DNA of 64,000 bases from Mytilus californianus. Its lineage: Eukaryota. This document shows, piece by piece, positions 12,219 to 23,716 of the stretch. A program made the position numbers and the translations under genes. The notes under the pieces were generated by a model. The model did no database searches, was not told where the DNA came from, and worked only from the letters and a program-made list of their open reading frames with translations. The stretch's first letter is position 1. Each line of letters begins with the position of its first letter. The DNA is taken from contig NW_026262690.1 in NCBI RefSeq assembly GCF_021869535.1, forward strand, positions 111,786,001 to 111,850,000. The letters are read 5' to 3'.

Positions 12219-14026
12219 AAACCGGGTTCTATACATAGACAAAACCGGGTCATTGTGTAGTAAACAACATTGACAAAACCGGGTGCTTCCATTTTGACAT
12301 GACCTATTTCTTTCGTTCCATACGCAGAAATACAAGGATTGAGGTGCTCAAAGTGACTAGTTTTGCAATCTCCATGTCAATATCTTTCTTTCCGTACCTT
12401 TCTTTCCGTACCATGTGAACAATTAAAGGAGAAATTAAATAAATTCGAGGCAAGGTTCACTCAATTCGTCATTTTGACGTGCATTTTTACTTATTTCTCC
12501 GTTAATCTAGAACGGTTGTAGAAAATATTACATCTCACAATAGAAAATAGTTATATATGTATATATATTCTTCGATATCATAAAGATAACAAATAAATAA
12601 ACAGAAAACTACCTTTTCTCTGTCTATTGATGTTCCGTCACCGTGCCGGATATTAGATACCATCGAGTCCAAACATTTTTTGCCGGGGTAGTTTAGACAC
12701 AGTGTTATTGAAGTTCACCTATAAAATCTCCAATGATAAAATGTTGTTCTTATAGCGTGTGATAAGATTTTGTGAGGGAATTTGATGTTTGCTATACCAC
12801 TGTTCATTTAAACGCACTTTATGGCAATACCACTATACCAATCAGAATGAAATTTTTTGCAGTCTTTTAAGAAATGATTTTACTTTGTAGCCAAGTATTA
12901 TTTGTGAAACATTAAATGTTTTAAAAGGGCGAATTTTTTGTAGAAAGTCAATAATTATGTAGACTTTTGAAGCCCAAACTTTCTATTGCCTTTAATACGC
13001 AAATTAAAGATCTGAGAAAACTATACCAATACAGATCGACATGTTTTTGAAATTATAGCAAAACTTTTGGTTGACAAATTTTTATTCGTTAATGCATAAA
13101 ATGAACTTAAAATATCTGTCATTTTCTCCCTAACCAGTTTACCCCTATTACTTATCATGATGTGGACCGCTGATTGTTATTGAATCTTACGCAATTCGAT
13201 TGGATTAAGTTATAACTAGTTTACCTTCAAACGAGTTATGCTTTTCATACATGTATATTGATTAAATCAGAACGTGCATGAATGTGTACAGTTACTTAAA
13301 TGACCTTCAAACTGGACATTGGACGAGTCCATATTATGATTTATCAATGAAACTAAAGGTATGAAAGATAAGAACTACCACTTCTTATATTTTCATAAAA
13401 TTTTCCACATACACAGAAGATAAATTATTTTTTAATAACCTATTGCGGAGAAAAAAAAAGAGAAAGTTTACAAATCAGATGTTTTATTCCATAAAACAAG
13501 TCATTTTTCGAAGAGAAATGCCGAAATACATTTTACGCACGGATACGCCAGGTAAAATTATTGTTTATCTTAAAAAAAAAAAAAAAAACATTTAAAAAAA
13601 AATTTCAGTCTCATTGGAATTTTGTTATTACAATTAATCCCAAACTAAAGTAGTCAATAAATAAAGTCAAAATATGTCCGATCTGCCTATTTGTGGACAT
13701 CAAAAGTCAATACGATCGTTTTAAGGTCAATTTCGTCTACCTCACAAAATCTTGTTGAGCACTATAATTTAAAGTGAAATTATTAGATAGGGGTTTTGAT
13801 AACGTCAAAATAGATGATAATATTACTGATGCTTTATCAATTGACCGTACTGAATTATTACAGCAAAACAAATCGAAGGAAAAATGAAAATATTCCGTAG
13901 TTTTAATAACTTAATATAACCCATACATACGTAAAATAAAAAAAAACCTATCATGAAACACTTTCATTTATTACAGTTTGACGAAGAATGTGTTCAATGT
14001 TAAACCAATATTTGCGTATAGCTAAC

Positions 14027-15165
14027 CCCTTACAGAACTGAAATGTTTGCTGCAGGTCTGCAGCAGACTTGCTCCTGGTTTGCTGCAAAAAAAACAAACT
14101 TGCAGGAACCCTTTGAATAATGTTTGCAGATGATTGCAGCTAGTTGCAAACCTCCTGCAAACATTGCAGCTTTTTGCTGCAAGCTTGCGGCAAGTTTGCA
14201 GAAACAATTATGTTTGCAGTAAGATTGCAGAAATCTTTGACAATTCTATATGTTTGCAAGAGCATTACAAGAATTACATAAAATGACTGAGCATGCCTAT
14301 TGGTAACTTCCTGGAAGATAAAGATTTGAAATTTGAAAATGTTAATGGTGTTTGAGTCACGTTATATATTAGTGTGCAGGGAGGCATTTTAGTTTGGAAA
14401 TTAAAAGTTTTGTTTTCAAAGACATTATTTGTAAGTACAATCTCTTTATAGAAGTGTAAACTCATGAAATGTGTCCCCTCCACAAATTTATATACCTGCA
14501 TGAAGGTTTGAAATCATTTTCTAATTGATTTCTCTAAAATGTTTGGAGATTGTAACTTATTAAATATCATGTTGTAATAAGTCAAGTTGAATTTTGTGAC
14601 AATATTAATTTAACTAGCTGTAAATATGCACAAAATAAATTATTCTTTTTTTGTATTTTAGATATTTATGCATGCAATTTATTTGAGCATGTACTTGAAC
14701 AACAAAAAATTTTTAATTAATCTTTAAAATGTATTAACCTATGCTATGATAATTTTGCAAATGACAAAGTATTTGAATTATTGTATGTATGTAACATCAC
14801 TTTTTTCAGAACTTGCTGATAAAGTGATGTGTACACGTCAACATATCAATAGGTAATTGTATAATGTATGTAGTTCCTGCAAGTTTGCCGCAAACACGCA
14901 GGAAAAATATTAAATGGTATATAAATGTTTGCCGCAGGTCTGCAGCAAACACGCAGGAGAAAGATTAATTTGCATGAAAATGTTTGCAGCAGGTCTGCAG
15001 CAAACACTCATTTGCATATAAATGTTTGCAGCAGGTCTGCAGCAAATACTCATTTGCATGGTAAATTGTTTGCAGCAGACCTGCAGCGTATTTGCATCAA
15101 ACATGCCGCAAATACAGACTCTGTGTTCGCTGCAAATGTTTGCAGGAAGCTGATTTTTTTCAGGG
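14027..15165. mobile_element. Non-autonomous EnSpm/CMC-like element with CCCT...AGGG termini and 2-bp TSD (AC)
   Basis: AC|CCCTTACAG...TCAGGG|AC. Dense semi-palindromic TTTGCAGCAGGTCTGCAGCA subterminal repeats at both ends (14040-14260, 14870-15150). Confidence 0.7.
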
Positions 15166-18100
15166 ACACAAAAGTGTAGGAGACATGCTAACTAGATCAA
15201 AGTTAATGACTTAATCAACATAAAATTGACAGTTGAACCCCTGATGATGGCAGATCTGTCATAATATCAAGATCTATTGATGAAGAATTAAAATATAAAT
15301 ATGTCAATATATACATGAATAATTTGTATATGTGATTATATCAACCATGTTAAAGTAATGAATCTTAAGATTTAACTGCCGAAACACTAAAATAGTGTCG
15401 GGTCCTTTCATACATTATGGAATGCTTGGTTGCATGGGTATTTTATAATAACAAAATGATGATCTTGAAAATTATAAGAACAATCTTTTCATTTTAAAGG
15501 AGTTTGCCCTTACACTAATAATTTTGACAAGTTTACCGCATTTTCTGGTCAAATGAAATTAAAATTTATAGACATAATAATATTCACATAACCAATGTTA
15601 CCCAACAAAGATGCGCATGTCGACAAAAAAAAGTCTCTTCAGAGATATTGGACGCCAAAATAAATGAAAATCTAAATTTTATTAAAAAGAATAAAAACCT
15701 GATAGACCAACAAAATACAAAAAGTATAGCCGAAGCCAGCTTACATAAACTGTTAACAGCAAATATTATCAGCAATCCAAGATCGATGAAAATGTCAAAA
15801 AGACAATGCATGCTGACTGCAACCATGAATTGACTCTTGTATAAATTTTTACATCTTTTAATTATTATCTTGACAAGATCTACCACATGCAAATATAACT
15901 GAACCACCAATTGTCTCCATATTAGGAGTTATTGCCCTGTAATTATGATTTTCATGAACATTGTATGGGTTATTTGAAATTATGAATTAAGCAAAAAGGC
16001 AATTCAGTAATGTTACTGTATAAGTATTATCCCCCCAAGCATTCAATGAAAATTGTTCATTAAATTTTATAATGATCATGACCTGTTTAGACATTTAAAT
16101 TTATTTATATTTCTTATTTTTCAGAAAAAAAATACCAGATTTTGTAGTGGTTTTCTCCATCAGAAGGTAAACAACCAACATGTCTGCCAGATTGAAAGAC
16201 ATGAACTTTCGACATATAACTAATAATTGGTTGTCATAGCTAAAAATAGAACATAGGACTAAAATGAAAGGTTTAAATTACCAGCCAAAAAAATTATGGG
16301 TTTACATTTTGATGATAATTCATACCTATAATAGGTCCCTCCGTAACAAAAAAAAAGAAAGTAAAATTAAAAACTTACCCTTAGCGAACGCCTAATTTAA
16401 TTAAATTAGAAAATTGCGATTTAGAAATGTACATACCTTTCGAAGCGGTGACAATTACTCCACTCAAGCATAACCGGAAAATCCTCTCACGGTTTTCATT
16501 GCAGAACCGATTGTTCTGCGTGTGTAGATTACCAGCCGTGTTCTGGTTATTGTGCCTATAACGTCACCGTAACAGAAAAAAAACCGGACAATTAGATCCA
16601 TAAACAAAATTTTTACTTTCGATAATGACTAAAAGCAGTTTTATTTGAAAAAAAGCGCTAGATTAGATTCATTTATTTGACGAACCCATATGTATGGTCA
16701 CAAGCCGATCGGTATTGATTGAAATGTTGTCGATGATGGACTCTTCGCATGAAGAATTCGTGTATTTTTCTTGGTTATTTCTATACTCAATGGTTTAAAT
16801 TGATGAGGTCAATTGTCTTTAGTTTGTCAGTAATCGAGAAAACTACTGTCAATACCGTCCATCGTATAGGTGTGCAGAAAAGTGATTGACATCGTCCAGT
16901 TGGAGACATTTTCTCAGTTGGGAACCCGTGACGTAAGCACGATCATGTGACGGTTATCTAATTAAAATCATTGATTATGACAAGTACTGGATACTTTGAC
17001 CTAACAAATGCCAATTGATCAGGTTTTGACCAACAAAATTGTACGAAACATGTTGTAAGAATAATATTTATTGATATAGAATTAAAAAAAAATATATTAA
17101 AAAATAGCGTCTCGTTGTCTTTGATATAGAACAATATGTGTATTATCAGATTTTACGGCTGTATTTTACAAGTTTTTTTATTCATTTTGTTAAGCTTTGT
17201 CATTTAATTAGTAATACCACCATTGATTTCCCCTATAAGTCTTTGTTAAATTGGCACTCTTCAAAAAAACCAGAATTCATCTTTATTTCACATAAAAAAA
17301 TACTTGGCATGAGTAAAGTTTTATCCTGTCCAAAACTACAGTAAACATTTATCATTTTATTTAATTTGACGACTATTTTTAGGCCCTTTTCCCTAGGTTA
17401 TGGTTCAGTGACTTTGGATCAATAATCAAATTTCAGTGTTAAGTTTTCTCCTTAAGGTAGTTTGATAGGAACTAATTGTAGCCTTTTCATTTAAATTTGG
17501 GTTTTTAATGTAAAATTATAATAACAGGTAAATATACTTTTGTGAGAACTCGAAATTGAAAGTATTATCCTTTTTCTTTTATTTAACTATTGTTAACCAA
17601 TAAAAAAATCACAAAAGAAATAATTGTGCTTTGGTACTGGCTGTTATGAAAGGGAGACTATTCGATCTTAATCTCAATGTGTTTTAATCACAGGAGAGAT
17701 AAATCTTGTTACATGAGGAGTTATCTCATCAACTATAGTCTATTTTTTAAAGCATCTTCTAGGTATTTATTTTGCTTACCCCATTCATGGCCATTATCAA
17801 AGCAAAAGTCATGACTCGTAATTTTTGCATATAGGAAACAAATCAACAAAAGTATAATATAAGTTATGGCCAAATGATGGGTTGTTAATTGGTGCGAGTC
17901 ATTGTGACACTGATAGGGATGGACAGAATTATGGGAACTCTGGAATGAGAGGGCTGGAAATGGAAATTGGGTGGATAGAAGCTGGAGTCAGGGTGGTGTT
18001 AACCGTGAGGAAAGGGTTGTTAAAACAGGGATAATTCATGCTTGACTAAACAATATGAGTGCAGAGGAACAGAATACGGAGTGAATTAAGAGTTTGGGGG

Positions 18101-21046
18101 AGGAAACTGGGAATCAATGCCCCTGCCCACCCCCTCACTAATAGCCATAAAAGAAAAAGGGGTCGGGTCATGTATGTATCAGGAGCAATTCTGCAGGGGA
18201 TGCCGACCACAGTTGCTCTAGTTTGTGAACTTATATATAAGAAGGCGATGGATGCCTAATGTAAAAGCGCTATGATTATCTATATAAAAGAAAAAAAAAA
18301 ACAATGACAATGCACTAACCTGATAGGGAGATTTAAGTGCATTTAATTAATTTAATTTAATATATTATATATATTAATAAACAAGGGAAATAACAATTAC
18401 ATAATAATCCTATCTGCCAAATGTATTTAGTAACAATTTGTTTTTGTAAACAATTCCTAGTTAAAAGAAAACCACACACTGAAGCTAACATGTTTTTTAG
18501 TTGAAACAACTTTATTGTTAATAAACAACTGCCAAACTGTACCAGAAACAAACACTGTTATAGGAACAAACTATACACTATGAACGACAACTCAAACTAG
18601 TATGTTACTCTTATTTGTTGATAATATCAATAAAAATTGATTTAAAAAAAGCGGTAATATGTAGCAATTAATAAAAATCAGAATGCCGTGGTATCATCAG
18701 GACTTTGATCTGCTTTGCCGCCCGGAGATGCCGAAAAGTGAACTTGTACAAAATCATGTTTTCAGGGGAAGTGATGAATTGTCCTTGCCAAAATTAAAAT
18801 TAATTCAGGTATCTAACATTGCTAACATATGTTGATACCACGATAATACATTGATAATACTGTCTTGTTAAATATACCTTATTGTCAAAGAATGCAGCAA
18901 TAGTGTCGTCATCGACGGCCAAAGAAAAGGTGTTGATGATAAAGCATGCAATTCTGGAAATTGACCGTCTCCGAAAATATTAAATTATAAAATTGAGTTA
19001 TCGGCCTTTTCGCGCCAGACAACTATTGATAAGGCTACTAATTGTGATAGATCAATGATATTTTGTATAAATCAGCATTAAATGCCAATTTGTTGATATT
19101 TCAAGGCTTTGTCCACTAGTTTATGGTCCAGCGACTTTGAATTAATTAGCAATGTTGCTGTCTTTGTTTGAATTTTCTGCCGGCAGGCGAGACATATTTC
19201 TGTGTATCTTAACTATTTGCCAATTATCTTGAAATCTATAAAAGATTGAGAGAATCTTTCAGTATCAAAAATTATCAGCAAGATGAGATTTACCAATAAA
19301 TTAACTTGGCTGACTATTTTTCACCATTTTTTTTTATTTCTTTAAAATTCTTCTTCTCTAAAACTACTGAACCAATTTTAATTAAACTTGACCACAATCA
19401 TTATTGAGATATCTAAAATTTAAAAGTATCAGGACTGGATATTGTAATTATTGCTCTTTAATGAAAATTTTTAACTAATGTCATAGTCAAGATTTACCAA
19501 TAAGTAATGGGGCTTAAATAAAGGCAACAGTAGTATACTGCTGTTCGAAAACTCATAAATCGATAGAGATAAAAACAAATCCGGGTTACAAACTAAAACT
19601 GAGGGAAACGCATCAAATATAAGAGGAGAACAACGACACAACAAAAACACAACATTAAATCTTATATCGACTTGTAAAAATAGTTATGCCGATTAAGTTG
19701 ATTTTAAGTGTTTGCCTATTATCTTGAAAAGTATAAAACTATACAAATGTAGACTGAAAACTTAAAAAAAAAAAAATTTACAAGCAGGACAAGATCAACA
19801 AATATGTCGACTTGACTGAAATTTTCAATAAATTTTTTATAGAATTATTGCTCTTTCATGACTATTTTGACCAAAAAAATGGCCATTGATGAAGATGCAA
19901 GTGAGCGACACAGGCTCTTTCGAGCTTCTATTTATTGCTTCAAACCACCAAACATTTTGTAATGCCTAGCTAGATATGAAAAAAGTCATCGGTATTATGA
20001 TAATTTGAATCACCCTTGTTTGGTAAGACATATACAGATGGAATATTGTGAAGAGTCTGTTGTTTTTGGAGTCAATAGGATAGGTCAAAGTATAAGAGCT
20101 TGATATACGTTTGATAGATTCACTACTTGGCATAGGTTTTCTGTAGGGCTGAACTATACATGATTTATGGGACTTTGTTAAATGGTTTTTATACAATTGC
20201 ACTAGATAATATGAATAATAATTAAATGACAGAATGGTAACTATCTAATACCTATTAACTTACACAAAAGATGAAACGTGGGTCAATAGTTCCATATGTC
20301 ATCCCCACCATACTAAAGGAACTCAATAATATATTACAGTTAATTCAAGGGGTGCCATATGGAAATTTTTCTGGAGATCTGTACATTACAGCCCAAATTG
20401 AACACAACACAACGTGATTAAAAAATCATGAAAATGTAAAATCAAATGATTTAAATGCTTTTACTAACTGCAGTTGGCATTTAATATCATTTTACACTGG
20501 TCATTAATTTTAAATACATTAAAGCATGTTTCGATGAATCTGGGTATCATTTGGGTTGTTTCATTTAAAAGAAAGATATATTGTTCTGAAAGGGAGAAAC
20601 TTTACATATAGGTAATAAATACGAAAAATAATCATCAATGATAAGCGATAAAGTGTTGGCTCCTCCTTACGTGTGGTGGTGTTAAACATGTTTGTTAGGA
20701 ATGGGTTAGTAATGTAACAGTTCCCCTTAGAACTGTAAAAATCTATAGTACAACACTTTCAGAATTAATCGATGAATTGAATTATAAATCTGTTTTGCCT
20801 TTTTCTTTCCTTTGCCATTGCATTGTTAGTTTATTTTAGACTACTGAGTTTGGATGTCCCTTTGGTACCTTTTATAATCAGTAAGAATATTTCAAATTCC
20901 GATTTTGCTTAAAAGTTTGGATTACTAGTAACTGTCAATTATGTGTGAGACTTTATTACTTTTACATGTAGTTTCCGATTTATATCCAGATATTCCATAT
21001 TCTTAATTTTTTTTATTTAACTTTTAATATTCGATTTATTTTTCAG

Positions 21047-21276
21047 ATGTTCCAGATTCTAAAACATTTGATGTGACTTTGATGACATCATTACTGAGGA
21101 ATTTGACTCCAATGACCCCTCCCCTTTGTGGATTTGACAATTTACCGTCAGTCTTCGAAACCACAAAAGCTGCAGATTTAGCAAGAATAAAATATTACAG
21201 GAATTTCCTAGCTCACTTGGATGGTAGCAAAATAGACACATCATTCTTCAACATAGCATGGACTGACATAACTGGT
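21047..21276 (+). CDS. Gene A exon: DZIP3-like HEPN domain (phase 1 to phase 0)
   Basis: TTTCAG acceptor and GTATGT donor. Open frame DVPDSKTFDVTLMTSLLRNL...DLARIKYYRNFLAHLDGSKI...AWTDITG, with Rx4H motif RNFLAH at 21199-21216. Same 230-nt length as the paralog exon at 56020-56249. Confidence 0.85.
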
Positions 21277-22290
21277 GTATGTATATATCCATTTTTCGTT
21301 TAACAGAATATAAGTTATCTGGTGGAAGACATTACAAAATAATTACTAGACTTCTCATTAAATTTAACGTGTCATCAACAAATTTATGAAAATATTTTCC
21401 ATCCGTTTTTTATTTGCTAAAACATAATCTATGAAAGTATCTCCTGTCGACCTTTAAAGGTCTTCTTTTACCAAACAATATGTAGATGATTTTTTATGCA
21501 GCAAATATTGTACATAAATAACAAAACCTGGGACACAATTCAGAATTCAAGGCATAAAATAAATACTGAGTAATTAACTAGATGTTAAACAAATTTTGAT
21601 TAACTATTCACATGCACTTTGCCCTTCAGTGAATTTTAATACTCATAAGTGAGGTCAAATAGCTACTAAATTGTCAATAAACTAAGCTTATGTCCATTAA
21701 TATCGAACGGCCTTACCGTATTTCTTAAAAACATATAAAAAACTCTTAGCAAGGTTACTTAACAGTAAAATCATGCTTCCGCACATTATGGCCAGAGGGC
21801 AGATCAAGAATTTTCAAGAAAGGGGGGTTGTTACATTCCCGAAAATTGAATATGTACCGATGATTAAATTCAAACAATTATATATTATCCAATCAAAGGC
21901 TAAAAAATCATCTTCACACGAATATTGGGGAAATTTAAACCTGTGAAAGATTATACCTCTAAATAACATAATTTTGCTAGAATAATATTTACAAAAGTAA
22001 GAGGCAAGAGGCATCTTAACCATTAGACTGCACATGTATGTCCCATTTAGAACTAAAAAATAGTGCTTTCGACGCACTGTTAAATTCATAAATTTGTTAA
22101 CTTTGCATGGTTTATCTATTTGTCAAGCAGGATTCCCCTGAACTTGACCTCCTTTCATGGATCAGTGAACAAGGTTAATTTTTTATTTTCAAGTCCCTAA
22201 TTGAGATATTTTATTTGAGATGATTGTAATATGTATAGGTATATTCTGTTTGGCATGTTTAATCTGACCTTGACATCATTTTTGATATAT

Positions 22291-22436
22291 AAAATTGAGA
22301 ATGGAAATGGGGAACGTGTCAAAAAGACAACAACCCGACCATAGAACAGACAACAGCAGAAGGTCACCAACAGGTCTTCAATGCAGCGAGAAATTCCTGC
22401 ACCCGGAGGCGTCCTTCAGCTGGCCCCTAAACAAAT
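22291..22436 (+). repeat. Abundant interspersed repeat family
   Basis: AAAATTGAGAATGGAAATGGGGAA..TGTCAAA.AGACAACAACCCGACC recurs at ~53651, ~59241 and inverted at ~47250-47335. Confidence 0.7.
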
Positions 22437-23716
22437 AAATATATATGCCTTTTTGTGCTTTTTTGTTAAATATTTGTTTGTTTTTGTTGTGATTAAAATG
22501 CTTGTGGTACTTGTACGTCCTGTCATTTTTGTTTGTGATATTTTCGTATGCATGTGCCGTGGCTCTGTGCTGATACATCCAGTTATTGTCCTATTGTAAA
22601 ACTTGTTTGTTGCTTGTCTTTCATTTTTTGCTTTGTGCTTTGTCTATATGCCTTTATGTTTCTTCGTTACATATATGACGTGGCTCTGTACTTATACATC
22701 CCGTCATTGTGTTATTGTACTATGACACATTTATGCCAATATGGGCTTCTTTGTTTTTTTAGTGATTTAGATTATAAAACAATGTTGACTGCTGTATATT
22801 TGACATTTTTACCTATTATTTCTGTTTGTTTTGTTCACGCATCGTTGTCTATATAATTGAAATTGACGCGACTGTCATACAAGTGAGAGGTTTAGCTAGC
22901 TATAAAACCAGGTTCAATCCACCATTTTCTACATAAGGAAATGCCTGTACCAAGTCAGGAATATGACAGTTGTCATCCATTCGTTTGATGTGTTTGAGCT
23001 TTTGATTTTGCCATTTGATAAGAGACTTTCCGTTTTGAATTTTCCTCGAAGTTCAGTATTTTTGTGATTTTACTTTTTTTTCATGGTTCATTGGCCAATG
23101 CTATGTTTTTGTGGTTGCGTCTGTTTCTCAGATCTACTATAGCCCATTAGTCAAATTCATTTGGTTTATGAAATGATTGCAAGGTGTAAATAAATATGTG
23201 GCAGGTTTCATCTAACCTTGAACTAAATTGTATGGTCATTGTTAAGATTTTGTGACAAGGTCTGTTTTTCCGATATTATAAAAGACAAGTGAACTTCTAT
23301 TGGTTGATGGAATGGTTGCAAGGTGTCTGCTCTATGCGAGGGTTCATCTGACCTTGATCTATGTTCATTGATCATTGTTCAAGGATGTTATACACTCATT
23401 ACAGTAGACGAAACCTGTCATCAGTACTAATATCTTTTAGCTGTCACAAATTATCCAAAAATGTGCTTTTTGTCATATTTTGTATGCGGAAATTGACTTC
23501 CATTTTCATTTATTGCTATGCGTAACTGTAAATTATGAGTGGACATAAAATAGGTTGTGTAGCTAGAAATCCTTGGCAAACCATCTCTTTTTGAGCAGTG
23601 AGAAAGGATCCGAAGCTAATGAATTATGCAACTATGAGCATGTGATTGATACGCTAATGAGATGAAACCGGAGGAAAACAAAATTTATTAAATATAAGCC
23701 CATTCTTTTATGGTTG

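Larger units (their letters stand above)
8686..12704. mobile_element. Non-autonomous DNA transposon with ~420-bp TIRs, CACTGTG/CACAGTG termini and 5-bp TSD (TTATT); Transib/RAG-like by hallmarks
   Basis: 8686-9108 is a near-identical inverted copy of ~12268-12704. Both flanks read TTATT. Three ACCCGGTTTTGTC subterminal repeats per end. No transposase seen inside. The element itself is well supported; the superfamily call is less so. Confidence 0.8.

Noticed and set aside
8686-12704. Intact RAG1/Transib transposase or canonical 12/23 RSS pair
   Set aside because: No long ORF or transposase motif inside; both ends share the same 14-nt spacing, so there is no 12/23 asymmetry at the termini.
14022-15179. 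Cys/Ala-rich ORFs at 14022-14207 and 14910-15179
   Set aside because: Translations of the TGCAGCA subterminal repeats of the transposon.
15584-17100. ORFs at 15584-15910 and 15648-15833 and promoter-like motifs near 16400-16950
   Set aside because: No recognisable domain or consistent splice structure.
17900-18260. Purine-rich, GC-elevated segment with a 66-aa ORF
   Set aside because: No motif, terminal repeat or second copy in the window to support an identity.
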